The notes under the pieces are model-generated. The model had not been told where the DNA came from. It worked only from the letters and a program-made list of their open reading frames with translations, and did not search any database. Shown here piece by piece: positions 16,368-58,358 of a stretch of 64,000 nt of DNA. The stretch is from Octopus vulgaris (Eukaryota). Each line of letters starts with the position of its first letter. Within the stretch, counting starts at the first letter, position 1. Made by a program: the position numbers and the translations under genes. Where the stretch lies: positions 30,256,001 through 30,320,000 of the forward strand of contig OX597833.1 in assembly GCA_951406725.2 (NCBI GenBank), given 5' to 3'.

Positions 16368-16555
<188 letters not shown>

Positions 16556-16556
16556 C

Positions 16557-19632
<3,076 letters not shown>

Positions 19633-19634
19633 TA

Positions 19635-21335
19635 TCATCATCATCATCATCATCATCGTTTAGCGTCCGTTTTCCATGCTAGCATGGGTTGGACGTGTCA
19701 ACTGGGGTCTGTGAAGCTGGAAGGCTTTGTCAGGCCCAGTCAGATCTGGCAGTGTTTCTACGGCTGGATGCCCTTCCTAACGCCAACCACTCCGCGAGTG
19801 TAGTGGGTGTTTTTTACGTGCCCACCTGCACAGGTGCCAGACAGAGCTGGCGAACGGCCACGAACGGATGGTGCTTTTACGTGTCACCGGCACGGGGCCA
19901 GGCGATGCTAGCAACAGACACGAACGGATGGTGGTTTTACGTGCCACCGACACAAGGCCAGTCAGAGCTGGCAACCGGCCACGAACGGACGGTGCTTTTA
20001 CGTGTAACCGGCACGGGGGCAAGCCGAGGCTGGCAACGGACGCGAACGGATGGTGCTTTTACGTGCCACCAACACGGTTGCCAGACAGAGCTGGCAAACG
20101 GCCACGAGTGGACAGTGCTTTTACGTGTCACCGGCACGGGGGCCAGCCGAGGCTGGCAACGGACGCGAACAGATGGTGCTTTTACGTGCCACCGACACGG
20201 TTGCCAGACAGAGCTGGCAAACGGCCACGAGCGGACGGTGCTTTTACGTGTCACCGGCACGGGGGCCAGCCGAGGCTGGCAACGGACACGGACGGATGGT
20301 GCTTTTACATGCCACCGACTCGGGGCCAGACAGAGCTGGCAAACGGCCACGAACGGATGGTGCTTTTACGTGCCACCGACACGGGGCCAGACAGAGCTGG
20401 CCAACGGCCACGAACGGACGGTGCTTTTACGTGTCACCGGCACGGGACCAGGTGAGGCTGGCAACAAACACGAATGGATGGTGCTTTTACGTGCCACCGA
20501 CACGGGGCCAGGCAGAGCTGGCAAACGGCCATGAGCGAATGGTGCTTTTACGTATCACCGGCACGGGTGCCAGACGAGGCTGACAGTGGACACGAACAGA
20601 TGGGTCACTTAACCCCTGCTTTCTGATATATGATTTGATTTTGATTGTTCTCACTGGTCTTGCTGGGTCTTCTCACGCACAGCATACTTCCATAGGTCTC
20701 GGTCTCTGGTCATTTCCTTGGTGAGACCTAGAGTTCGAAGGTCGTGCTTCACCACCTCGACCCAGGTTTTCCTGGGTCTACCTCTTCCACAGGTCCCCTC
20801 AACTGCCAGGGTGTGGCACTTTTTCACACACCTATCTTCATCCATTCTCACCACATGACCATACCAGCGCAATCGTCTCTCTTGCACACAACATCTGATT
20901 CCTCTTAGGTCCAACTTTTCTCTCAAGGTACTTACACTCTGTCGACTATGAATACTGACATTACACATCCAACGGAGCATACTAGCTTCATTTCTCGCGA
21001 GCTTACGCATGCCCTCAGCAGTCACAGCCCATGTTTCACTGCCATGTAGCATGGCTGTTCGTACACATGCATCATACAGTCTGCCTTTTACTCTGAGCGA
21101 GAGGCCTTTAGTCACCAACAGAGGTAAGAGCTCCCTAAACTTTGCCCAGGCTATTCTTATTCTAGCCGTTACACTTTCAGCACACCCACCCCCACTACTG
21201 ACTTGGTCACCAAGATAACGGAAGCTATCAACCACTTCTAGTTTTTCCCCCTGGAAAGTGACGGAAGTTGTTTTCTGCAGATTTTCAGAGGTTAATGCTC
21301 CCGAGCATCTGCCACATACAAAAACCATCTTCCTA
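19635..21335 (-). mobile_element. RTE-type LINE, 5'-truncated, with minisatellite 3' UTR and (TGA)n tail
   Basis: ORF tail 20651-21335 (FRYLG, RLRWYGHV, RGRPRKTW), highly similar to 48590-49810. Confidence 0.93.
19805..20600. repeat. ~61-bp tandem repeat, ~13 units, inside the RTE 3' UTR
   Basis: Recurring ggtgcttttacgtg(t/c)caccg..ctggcaa..cacgaacgga at ~60-62 bp spacing. Confidence 0.9.
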
Positions 21336-21345
21336 TATATATATA

Positions 21346-21457
<112 letters not shown>

Positions 21458-21463
21458 TATATA

Positions 21464-22235
<772 letters not shown>

Positions 22236-22278
22236 ATATATATATATATACATATATATATATACATATATATATATA

Positions 22279-22339
<61 letters not shown>

Positions 22340-22549
22340 ATATATATATATTTCAGTTTTTTTTCTTTTTTCTTTTCTTTTTTTTTTTTTTTTTTTTACC
22401 CAGTCAGGTTGTTTTATCAACTGAAGAACTTTGCTAAGAACTCTAATGAATTTATTATAAAAAACATGCAAAGACACAAATACATGGACACACAGACATG
22501 CATACATATACAGAAAAAATATAAACCAAAAGGACTAAGAATATATATA

Positions 22550-25500
22550 TGATTGATTGATTGATTGATTGATTCTAGTTTCAGCTTATGAGCTGTGGTC
22601 ATGCTGGGGCACCGCAATTTTGTGTTGCTACTTGGTTTTACTTCATGAAAGCTTTCTAGCAACTGCCATTTGGTGCATGAGAGAGTTCGATGCAGCTGCC
22701 CTCATCTGCCCCTCCTGCCGTGAAGTTGGTTCATCTGGGACACCTGACAGGAAGAGATCCAGCTTCATTTCAAAGACATCTGCATCCACCCCATGCAGGT
22801 CTCTTAGGTTCTTCGGGAGGATATTGAAGAGCTGTGAGCCTCGGAAGCCCATGCTATCACAGAATCTTGTCCTACATCTTGATGTCAAGTTTGGAGTCCT
22901 AGGCACCACGCAGTGGCGCCCAGTTCTGGCATTTGCGTAACTCTCGATGCCAAAGTTTAGAACACGTCCCTCCAGGATCTTCCAGATGTATATTATGGCA
23001 TATCTTTCCCGCCCACGCTCCAAGGAATATAGTTTTAATCTCTTGAGTCTTTCCCAGTAGCTTACATTCTGCATAGAGGCTATCCTCTTCGTGTAGCTAC
23101 ATTGGATCGCCTCGAGCTCTGTGATCAACTTGACACTGGATGGTGACCATAACTGAGAGCAGTAGTCAAAGTGGCTTAGGACAAGTGTCCTCCAGAGGAC
23201 CATCATGGTTTCTTGTTCTCTTGTTCTAAAGGTTCTGAGGATCCAACCGGCCAGTCGTCTACATTTCATTGCCAATTTAGCAACATGTACACGAAAGGTC
23301 GCGTCATCACTCATGTAAATACCTAGGTCACGCACTGATTGTGCCTCTGGGATTGCTATTCCTCCAGGTCCAGTGTATTCATTGGGTATTGCATTTAGTT
23401 TTGCATGCTGATAGTATAGAGCTTGAAACTTTTCAGCATTGAACTGCATGCTATTCTTTTCAGCCCACTTGTATATTTTGTCCAGCTCACATTGCAGGTG
23501 TTTAGTGTCCTCAGGGTTCTGTATTGCCCGTGAAACTTTTGTATCATCCGCATAACTTGTGATCATGGCTCTCTGCGTGGCTGAGGGCATGTCTGAGAGG
23601 GCCATTATGAACAGTAGTGGTCCCAGAACAGTGCCCTGCGGAACACCGCTCACTATTTGCGTGGAAGGCTACTACCACCTGACCTCTATCTTTCAGAAAG
23701 TCATGAAGCCATTCTCCCAGTTTTCCAACTATGTTGAGATCACGCAGTTTGTGACATATCATTCCATGATCGACTTTATCAAAGGCCTTTGCAAAGTCGA
23801 GATATATCACTTCCATCATTGGAGTGGCTGAGCAGCCGTTTCAGCACCCAGTCATAGTGTTGTAGGAGCTGAGTTAAACAGCTTCTCACTGGTCGGAAAC
23901 CATGTTGGGTGTCGGGCAGCAAGTCATTCTCTTCATGGAAGGTGATCAGCTTCCTTCTGACTATTCGTTCCATGACCTTGCTGATGTGTGAGGTCAGAGA
24001 GATAGGTCTATAGTTCTTGGCTTCCGCTCTGCTACCTCCTTTATGAATGGGGCATATTTTACCTTCCTTCAGTTTTCCTGGAAGTTTGCCAGCTGCAAGG
24101 AAGCTCTGAAAGAGGAACTGCAGTGGTCTTGCTAGGACTCTCTTACATGCTTTTAGGAGGATTGCCGGGAATCCATCGGGGCCAGTAGCTGAGTCTGTTT
24201 TCATTTCATCTATAGCCTTGATTACATCGTCTTCCTTTATATCGATGTAATCTATCGTCGCCGCCTCTGATTTTATATCTGCAGTGGTAAAAAAGTCAGT
24301 TGGATTGGTGATTTGGAGATGCCCAAGGGGTGGAGTGAAAACACTCTTGAATTGCTCATTCAGTATTTCACTTACCCTCATTGGTTTTCCTGTAAGTGTG
24401 CCATCCTTTTCGAGGAGTGGCCCTATTCTACAGTGCACCGTAGCTGTTTCTTTGGCATACCTGTAGAAAGCTCTGGGGTTAGATTTTATGTTGTCTATAG
24501 CCCAGGCTTCTTTGTCTGCTCTTTCTTTTTCATGGGAGAGTTGCAGACATTTTTCGATTTCCAACAGTTTTATTTTTAGGCGGGACTTTTCACTGCTTTC
24601 AATCTGTTTGTTTAGGCGATTTGAGAATTCCATACGCCGTCTCATTAAAATTTTCCTCTCTCTGGGGATTTTGTTCTTGTGTACAGTGGCCTTCCTCTCT
24701 GGGACACATTTGTAGCATATGGCTTGCATTACAGACATGAATTGTTGAAGTTTCACGTCGATGTCTGGCGAGGCTCTCCTCGCCAGACATTTAGGCCAGT
24801 TTTGTTTGAGGATCTCTTTCTCAATTTGTTTCCAGTTTGCCTTATGGTAGTTCAAGCTGGAAAGATTCTGAAGGTTTCTTGTAGGCTGCATGTCCGTGCT
24901 CTCTTTTGGCCCGTACATGGTCAGCTCTATCATGTTGTGATCCGAGAGTAGTGTCGGTGTCACTTTCACATTATGGATGAGATCCATGTCATTTGTGAAG
25001 CAGAGATCCAGTGTGTTACCTGCCCTGGTTGGTTGGAGTATTACCTGCTCCATGTACAGGGTGTTGACGAGGTTCAGGAGGGACCTCGCCTGTCCTCGTT
25101 CACATCTTGTCATTCCTGGGAGAGAAAGGCCCTCGGGCCATCTGACATTGGGCAGGTTGAAGTCTCCCATAAGAAGTACACTTATGTGTTGTTCTAATGT
25201 GGTTAGAACTTCTTCTATTTTTATAAGGCAGTCTTCAAACTTGCCCACATGGCTTGGGGCATCTGGAGGGCGATATGTAGCACACACAACTACATCAAGT
25301 TGCCTAATATGTACAATTAGTGTGTCACACACCGAGTTTGAGTATGACAAGAGGACCTGGGGTGTGAGGTCCTCATGGATGTACATAGCAACACCTCCAT
25401 GACTCCTTTCTTTTCTGTCGGTCCATAGTACAGCATACTGTGGTATGTGTAACTCCGCATCTGCTATGTCCGGTTTCAGGTGCGTTTCCGTAAGTGCTAT

Positions 25501-25583
25501 GCATAAGGCTTGATTGCATGCAACAAAGTCTCTCAGGAACGGGATTTTTGTCCTGTTACTGAGTGTTTGCAACCCTCTGATTT
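22550..25583 (-). mobile_element. LINE family A, copy A3: nearly complete ORF2 (APE plus RT), frameshifted
   Basis: [31 protein letters not shown] (APE), then RT; ORFs 23779-25572, 23544-23819, 22643-23653; (AATC)n tail at 22550. Confidence 0.96.
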
Positions 25584-25600
25584 TATATATATATATAAAC

Positions 25601-25685
<85 letters not shown>

Positions 25686-25790
25686 TAAATATAAATGTAT
25701 ATATATATGTATATATATATATAAATATAAATATAAATGTATATATAAATATATATATATAAATATAAATGTATATATAAATATATATAT

Positions 25791-26032
<242 letters not shown>

Positions 26033-26034
26033 TA

Positions 26035-27080
26035 TAAAGTCGATCATGGAATATGTCACAAACTGCGTGATCTCAACATAGTTGGAAAACTGGGAGAATG
26101 GCTTCATGACTTTCTAAAAGATAGAAGTCAGGTGGTAGTAGCCAATGGGGCCACTTCCATTAACACACAAATAGTGAGCGGTGTTCCGCAGGGCACTGTT
26201 CTGGGACCACTACTGTTCATAATGGCCCTCTCAGACATGCCCTCAGCCACGCAGAGAGCCACGATCACAAGTTATGCAGATGATACAAATGTTTCACAGG
26301 CAATACAGAACCCTGAGGACACTCAACGCCTGCAATGTGAGCTGGACAAAATATACAAGTGGGCTGAAAAGAATACCATGCTGTTCAATGCTGAAAAGTT
26401 ACAAGCTTTATACTATCAGCATGCAAAACTAAATGCAATACCCAATGAATACACTGGACCCGGAGGAATAGCAATCCCAGAGGCACAATCAGTGATTGAC
26501 CTAGGTATTTACATGAGTGATGACGCAACCTTTCGTGTACATGTTGCTAAATCGGCAATGAAATGTAGACGACTGGCCGGATGGATCCTCAGAACCTTTA
26601 GAACAAGAGAACAAGAAACCATGATGGTCCTCTGAAGGACACTTGTCCTAAGCCACTTTGACTACTGCTCTCAGTTATGGTCACCATCCAGTGTCAAGTT
26701 GATCACAGAGCTCGAGGCAATCCAACGTAGCTACACGAAGAAGATAGCCTCTATGCAGAATGTGAGCTACTGGGAAAGACTCAAGAGATTAAAACTATAT
26801 TCCTTGGAGCGTAGGCGGGAAAGATATGCCATAATATACATCTGGAAGATCCTGGAGGGACGTGTCCTAAACTTTGGCATCGAGAGTTACGCAAATGCCA
26901 GAACTGGGTGCCACTGCGTGGTGCCTAGGACTCCAAACTTGCCATCAAGATGTAGGACAAGATTCTGTGATAGCTTGGGCTTCCAAGACCCACAGCTCTT
27001 CAATATCCTCCCGAAGAACCTAAGAGACCTGCATGGGGTAGATGCAGATGTCTATAAAATGAAACTGGATCTCTTCCTGT
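26035..27080 (+). mobile_element. LINE family A, copy A4, truncated at both ends
   Basis: ORFs 26132-26635 and 26699-27091; homology stops at ctcttcctgt where the fold-back element starts. Confidence 0.94.
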
Positions 27081-27855
27081 TGATCTCTTAATCAATTTAG
27101 GGTAGTAAAAAATTCGATAGAAATTTATCACTACCAGCGGCCCAGTGGAAAAGAAAAATAGTCATGAGACTAAAATGTAAATATATAACAATTTAGGAAT
27201 GGCCTTAACAGGCCATTCGTCCACTAGACAGAGCAGCCATAACTCTAACCGCCAAATAATGTAATTCGGAAATAGGTGAAAAATTAAAAACGTTTACCCT
27301 AATTCATCTTTTAGACGATGCATCGTTTCTGCGTCTAGTGGACGAATGGCCTGTTAAGGCCATTCCTAAATTGTTATATATTTACATTTTAGTCTCATGA
27401 CTATTTTTCTTTTCCACTGGGCCGCTGGTAGCGATAAATTTCTATCGAATTTTTTACTACCCTAAATTGATTAATTGATTATTTTCTGACTAATTCTGAG
27501 ATTGAATCGGCAGTTTATATTTGCTACTGATAAGGTTGGCGCGATTGCGCTGGTCTTCGAAAATTTTAAGACAGATATCCCAGAGGCTTCGATACAGTAG
27601 CCTCGTGTATATTTGCCTCTACCAAAGGTTTCTTTACTGACGAAGCGTGACCTATGGTAGATTAGCTTAATTTAATTTAATTAAGCTGGTCTTTCATTAA
27701 AAACGCAGAAACGATGAATCGTCTAAAAGATTAATTAGGGTAAACGTTTTTAATTTTTCACCTATTTCCGAATTACATTATTTGGCGGTTAGAGTTATGG
27801 CTGCTCTGTCTAGTGGACGAATGGCCTGTTAAGGCCATTCCTAAATTGTTATATA
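27081..27855 (+). mobile_element. ORF-less hammerhead element: 475-bp permuted unit plus 5' inverted segment (non-autonomous PLE or retrozyme-like)
   Basis: 27333-27380 is repeated at 27808-27855; 27088-27334 is the reverse complement of 27703-27855 joined to 27381-27474. Confidence 0.72.
27630..27730 (+). ncRNA. Type I hammerhead variant (A.A at base of stem II, long stem II hairpin)
   Basis: tcttta-CTGACGA-a gcgt..agattagcttaatt..aattaagctggtct..acgc a-GAAA-cgatgaatcg-TC-taaaaga; the inverted copy has the perfect palindrome cgatgcatcg. Confidence 0.78.
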
Positions 27856-27862
27856 AATATAT

Positions 27863-28243
<381 letters not shown>

Positions 28244-28279
28244 AGTATATATATATATATAGATATAATATATATATAG

Positions 28280-32337
<4,058 letters not shown>

Positions 32338-32399
32338 TATATATATATAAAGATATAAATATATACATATATCAATATATATATATATATATATAAATA

Positions 32400-32941
<542 letters not shown>

Positions 32942-32944
32942 ATA

Positions 32945-39012
<6,068 letters not shown>

Positions 39013-39039
39013 CATATATATAAATTATATATATATATA

Positions 39040-39162
<123 letters not shown>

Positions 39163-39172
39163 TAATAATAAA

Positions 39173-39305
39173 TATTAGGAATAAATCCAACTTTACAGGG
39201 AAAAAAATCAGATTTAGGATTAAATCCAATTTTAAAATTTTATGTATTGATTAAGTCTTTCCTTGTTTGTTTTGCAAAATAGTGGTTTTGTCTCTAATAA
39301 TATTT
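39173..39305. repeat. Collapsed copy of the fold-back element at 63429-63662
   Basis: Shares gaataaatcca..gattaaat and aaaattttatgtattg..tctctaataatatt, but lacks the left hairpin arm. Confidence 0.8.
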
Positions 39306-40123
<818 letters not shown>

Positions 40124-40127
40124 TATA

Positions 40128-40423
40128 CTAGCAGTATCGCCCGGCGTTGCTCGGGTTGTAAGGGAAATAACTATATAAGCATTTTTAGAGAGTTATAGCC
40201 CAAAAATAGCAAAAAAAAAAGGAATTAAAAATTGAAAAAAAATTAAGGTAAATTTTTTTTAAATCGTTGACTCATCGTAGACGCGCGCTAATACCCAGAA
40301 GGGCTCGATATGAATCACGACTATAAGATACCCGCTTTTGGTTAAACTGCACCGCAAAATGTGGGAGTAATTACGAATGTAAATCGAAGGGGACAGACAC
40401 ACAACTTCACTCTTATATAAAGA
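40128..40423 (-). mobile_element. Non-autonomous Helitron (~296 bp)
   Basis: Minus strand starts A|TCTTTATATAAG and ends with the hairpin CCCGAGCAACGCCGGG then CGATACTGCTAG|T; AT target, no TSD. Confidence 0.8.
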
Positions 40424-40424
40424 T

Positions 40425-40749
40425 GCTTTTTTTTTTCAGTCATAGAGTTAGATTTATGAAGGTCTTCAGTAGAAAATCCTTCGAATTCTGACTGGCTGCT
40501 TGATATAATGAAATTCGTATCCATTTTTTGTCAGAATTACAAATTTTGAAAACACAATAGGAACAAATTTCGGAAAAAAATCTCCCATAATTCACGGAAT
40601 TAAAATTACACTTCGATTTTTGTACAAAACTGTATTTGAAGTGTTTACGAAGTATAATACGTGTTTTCACGAATGTACTAAAGAGATTTACTCTGATATT
40701 CTCATTTAAATATGAATAGGTAAATTCAGGCAGTTTGGTAACGAAAGGG
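40425..40749 (-). mobile_element. Possible piggyBac-like 5' end fragment
   Basis: Minus strand begins CCCTTTCGTTACC after a degenerate TTAA (TAAA); acidic peptide MDTNFIISSSQSEFEGFSTEDL starts ~225 bp inside. Confidence 0.35.
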
Positions 40750-41201
40750 TTTATATAAGTGTCGTCTGTTTATACATAAACACTGTTTCATAGTTTCAGT
40801 TTAGTCTTCCTCAAATCACTGTCGCTAATTTACTCTCTTCCAAGAACATTTTCACTCACTGTTATCTGTTAGCTTCCCATACATTTTACTCATGTATCTA
40901 TCAGCGTGATAGACAGAAACAACTATTACATTTACTTTCATTTTATTCGTTGCCCACTGTGTGTGTGCGTTTGCGTGTGGTGTAAACCAGACTAAGAAAA
41001 GCATTTGACACACACACCAGAATGTGAGTTTTCTGTAAATTTTGCTTAATTGGAGTTTAAATTTTAAAAACTGGACCTGGCATGACGCGATGCATTGTAC
41101 TCTTAAAACTGCTAGGTAAATTGTAATTGAAGAAATCCTATGTTGTAGATTTGTATAACTCCCAAAGGGAGGTAGATAATATCTGCCTTTTATAATAAGA
41201 G

Positions 41202-45030
<3,829 letters not shown>

Positions 45031-47258
45031 TGATTGATTGATTGATTGATTGATTCTAGTTTCAGCTTATGAGCTGTGGCCATGCTGGGGCACCGCCATT
45101 TGGTGTTGCTACTTGGTTTCACTTCATGGAGGCTTTCTAGCAACTGCTATTTGGTGCATGAGAGAGTTCGATGCAGCTGCCCTCATCTGCACCTCCTGCC
45201 GTGAAGTTGGTTCATCTGGGACACCTGATAGGAAGAGATCCAGCTTCATTTTAAAGACATCTGTATCCACCCCATGCAGGTCTCTCAGGTTCTTCGGGAG
45301 GATATTGAAGAGCTGTGGGACTCGGAAGCCCAGGCTATCACAGAATCTTGTCCTACATCTTGATGGCAGGTTTGGAGTCCTAGGCACCACGCAGTGGCGC
45401 CCAGTTCTGGCATTTGCGTAACTCTCGATGCCAAAGTTCAGGACACTTCCCTCCAGGATCTTCCAGATGTATATTATGGCATATCTTTCCCGCCTACGCT
45501 CCAGGAAATATAATTTTAATCTCTTGAGTCTTTCCCAGTAGCTTACATTCTGCATAGAGGCTATCTTCTTTGTGTAGCTTCGTTGGATCGCCTCAAGTTC
45601 TGTGATCAACTTGACACTGGATGGTGACCATAGCTGAGAGCCATAGTCAAAGTGGCTTAGGACAAGTGTCTTCCAGACGACCATCATGGTTTCTTGTTCT
45701 CTTGTTCTAAAGGTTCTAAGAATCCATCCAGCCAGCCGTCTACATTTCATTGTCAGTTTAGCAACATGTACATGAAAGGTCGCGTCATCACTCATGTGAA
45801 TACCCAGGTCACGCACTGATTGTGCCTCTGGGATTGCAATCCCTCCGGGTCCAGTGTATTCATTGGGTATTGCATTCAGTTTTGCATGCTGATAGTATAA
45901 AGCTTGAAACTTTCCAGCATTGAACTGCATGCTATTCTTTTCAGCCCACTTGTATATTTCGTCCAACTCACATTGCAGGTGTTTAGTGTCCTCAGGGTTC
46001 TGTATTGCCTGTGAAACTTTTGTATCATCTGCATAACTTGTGATCGTGGCTCTCTGCGTGGCTGAGGGCATGTCTGAGAGGGCCATTATGAACAGTAGTG
46101 GTCCTAGAACAGTGCCCTGCGGAACACCGCTCACTATTTGTGTGTTAATGGAGGTGGCCCCATTGGCTACTACCACCTGACTTCTATCCTTCAGAAAGTC
46201 ATGAAGCCATTCTCCCAGTTTTCCAACTATGTTGAGATCACGCAGTTTGTGATATATCATTCCATGATCGACTTTATCAAAGGCCTTTGCAAAGTCGAGA
46301 TATATCACTTCCACATTTGAGTGGTTGAGCAGCCGTTTCAGCACCCAGTCATAGTGTTGTAGGAGCTGAGTTAAACAGCTTCTCCCTGGTCGGAAACCAT
46401 GTTGGGTGTCGGGCAGAAAGTCATTCTCTTCAAGGAAGGTGATCAGCTTCCTTCTGACTATTCGTTCCATGACCTTGCTGATGTGTGAGGTCAGAGAGAT
46501 AGGTCTATAGTTCTTGGCTTCCGCTCTGCTACCTCCTTTATGAATGGGGCATATTTTACCTTCCTTCAGTTTTCCTGGAAGTTTGCCAGCTGCAAGGAAG
46601 CTCTGAAAGAGGAACTGCAGTGGTCTTGCTAGGACTCTCTTACATGCTTTTAGGAGGATTGCCGGGAATCCATCGGGGCCAGTAGCTGAGTCTGTTTTCA
46701 TTTCATCTATAGCCTTGGTTACATCGTCTTCCTTTATATCGATGTAATCTATCGTCGCCGCCTCTGATTTTGTATTTGCAGTGGTAAAAAGTCAGTTGGA
46801 TTGGTGATTTGGAGATGCCCAAGGGGTGGAGTGAAAACACTCTTGAATTGCTCATTCAGTATTTCACTTACCCTCATTGGTTTTCCTGTAAGTGTGCCAT
46901 CCTTTTCGAGGAGTGGCCCTATTTTACAGTGCACTGTAGCTGTTTCTTTGGCATACCTGTAGAAAGCTCTGGGGTTAGATTTTATGTTTTCTATAGCCCA
47001 GGCTTCTTTGTCTGCTCTTTCTTTTTCATGGGAGAGTTGCAGACATTTTTCGAATTCCAACAGTTTTATTTTTAGGCGGGACTTTTCACTGCTTTCAATC
47101 TGTTTGTTTATGCGATTTGAAAATTTTGTACGCCGTCTCATTAAAATTTTCCTCTCTCTTGGGATTTTGTTCTTGTGTACAGTGGCCTTTCTCTCTGGGA
47201 CACATTTGTAGCATATGGCTTGCATTACAGACATGAATTGTTGAAGTTTCACGTCGAT
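45031..47258 (-). mobile_element. LINE family A, copy A6
   Basis: ORFs 46749-47252 and 45124-46701; 5' break at ..tttcacgtcgat. Confidence 0.96.
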
Positions 47259-47264
47259 ATATAA

Positions 47265-47464
<200 letters not shown>

Positions 47465-47615
47465 TTTATAAATATATATATATAAATAGATATATAATTA
47501 TATATATATATAAATATATATATATAAATATTTATAAATATATATATAAATATAAATATATATAAATATATATATATATAAATATTTATAAATATTTATA
47601 TAAATATAAATATAT

Positions 47616-47678
47616 ATGGCGGTGCCCCAGCATGGCCACAGCTCATGAGCTGAAACTGGAATCAATCAATCAATCAAT
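47616..47678 (+). mobile_element. LINE family A 3'-terminal stub (A7, ~63 bp)
   Basis: atggcggtgccccagcatggccacagctcatgagctgaaactggaatcaatcaatcaatcaat within (TA)n. Confidence 0.9.
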
Positions 47679-47734
47679 ATAAATATATATATATATATAA
47701 ATATATATACATATAAATAAATATATATAAATAC

Positions 47735-48175
<441 letters not shown>

Positions 48176-48180
48176 TAAAT

Positions 48181-50420
<2,240 letters not shown>

Positions 50421-50435
50421 ATATATATAAATATG

Positions 50436-50935
<500 letters not shown>

Positions 50936-50991
50936 TCCATATATATTTATATATATACATACTGCTCACTGCTCACTCCATATATATTATT

Positions 50992-51353
<362 letters not shown>

Positions 51354-51354
51354 A

Positions 51355-54913
<3,559 letters not shown>

Positions 54914-56020
54914 ATTGATTGATTGATTGATTCTAGTTTCAGCTTATGAGCTGTGGCCATGCTGGGGCACCGCCATTTGGTGTTGCTACATGGTTTTACT
55001 TCATGAAAGCTTTTTAGCAACTGCCATTTGTTGCATGAGAGATTTCGATGCAGCTGCCCTCATCTGCACCTCCTGCCGTGAAGTTGGTTCATCTGGGACA
55101 CCTGACAGGAAGAGATCCAGTTTCATTTTAAAGACATCTGCATCCACCCCATGCAGGTCTCTCAGGTTCTTCGGGAGGATATTGAAGAGCTGTGGGCCTC
55201 GGAAGCCAAGGCTATCACAGCATCTTGTCCTACATCTTGATGGCATGTTTGGAGTCCTAGGCACCACGCAGTGGCGCCCAGTTCTGGCATTTGCGTAGCT
55301 CTCGATGCCAAAGTTTAGGACCCATCCCTCCAGGATCTTCCAGATGTATATTATGGCATATCTTTCCCGCCTACACTCCAGGGAATATAGTTTTAATCTC
55401 TTGAGTCTTTCCCAGTAGCTTACATTCTGCATAGAGGCTATCTTCTTCGTGTAGCTACGTTGGATCGCCTCGAGCTCTGTGATCAACTTGACACTGGATG
55501 GTGACCATAACTGAGAGCAGTAGTCAAAGTGGCTTAGGACAAGTGTCCTCCAGAGGACCATCATGGTTTCTTGTTCTCTTGTTCTAAAGGTTCTGAGGAT
55601 CCATCCGGCCAGTTGTCTACATTTCATTGCCAATTTAGCAACATGTACACAAAAGGTCGCGTCATCACTCATGTAAATATATAGGTCACGCACTGATTGT
55701 GCCTCTGGGATTGCTATTCCTCCGGGTCCAGTGTATTCAATGGGTATTGCATTTAGTTTTGCATGCTGATAGTATAGAGCTTGAAACTTTTCAGCATTGA
55801 ACTGCATGCTATTCTTTTCAGCCCACTTGTATATTTTGTCCAGCTCACATTGCAGGTGTTTAGTGTCCTCAGGGTTCTGTATTGCCTGTGAAACTTTTGT
55901 ATCATCTGCATAACTTGTGATCGAGGCTCTCTGCGTGGCTGAGGGCATGTCTGAGAGGGCCATTATGAACAGTAGTGGTCCCAGAACAGTGCCCTGCGGA
56001 ACACCGATCACTATTTGCGT
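54914..56020 (-). mobile_element. LINE family A, copy A9
   Basis: ORF 55001-56011; (AATC)n tail. Confidence 0.95.
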
Positions 56021-56033
56021 ATAAAAATATATA

Positions 56034-56098
56034 TACTTTGATACTTTGATAGGTTTCGGCCATTATTGGCCCAGGCCATGTCTAACTTAATAGCACCA
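56034..56098 (-). mobile_element. LINE family C 3'-terminal stub (~65 bp)
   Basis: Reverse complement matches 19234-19298 (tggtgctattaagttagacatggcc..tatcaaagta). Confidence 0.92.
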
Positions 56099-56105
56099 TA
56101 TTATA

Positions 56106-56141
<36 letters not shown>

Positions 56142-56165
56142 TATAAATATATAAATATATAATAA

Positions 56166-56196
<31 letters not shown>

Positions 56197-56322
56197 AATA
56201 TATAATATATAATAAATATATAAATATATATATATAAATATATAATATATAATAAATATATAAATATATATATATAATATATAATAAATATATAAATATA
56301 TATATATAATATATAATATATA

Positions 56323-56394
<72 letters not shown>

Positions 56395-56411
56395 TATATA
56401 TATAAATATAT

Positions 56412-56810
<399 letters not shown>

Positions 56811-56816
56811 TATATA

Positions 56817-58092
<1,276 letters not shown>

Positions 58093-58141
58093 TATATATT
58101 ATATATATATATATTATATATATTATATATATAATTGACTG

Positions 58142-58358
58142 TGTTTTATTTTGATTTAAGGGTGATTTGGCTATTATTTCTAACAGATGATTAGTATCAT
58201 CTCTGTTCTAGATATGTTCGAACAATATCTAGAACAGAGATGATACAATCATCTGTTAGAAATAATAGCCAAATCACCCTTAAATCAAAATAAAACAAAA
58301 TAAAATAGAGAAATCATTAAATATTTTAGCAGCTAAAATATTTAATGATTTCTCTATT
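58142..58358. repeat. Two adjacent palindromes (58142-58297, centre gttcgaac; 58304-58358, centre 58331)
   Basis: Arms read directly as reverse complements. Confidence 0.88.

Noticed and set aside
19805-20600. CRISPR-like periodicity
   Set aside because: Whole units are homologous with no unique spacers, no cas genes, and a eukaryotic LINE UTR context
22352-22542. T-rich run suggesting a poly(A)-tailed retrocopy on the minus strand
   Set aside because: No ORF, clear polyadenylation signal or TSD
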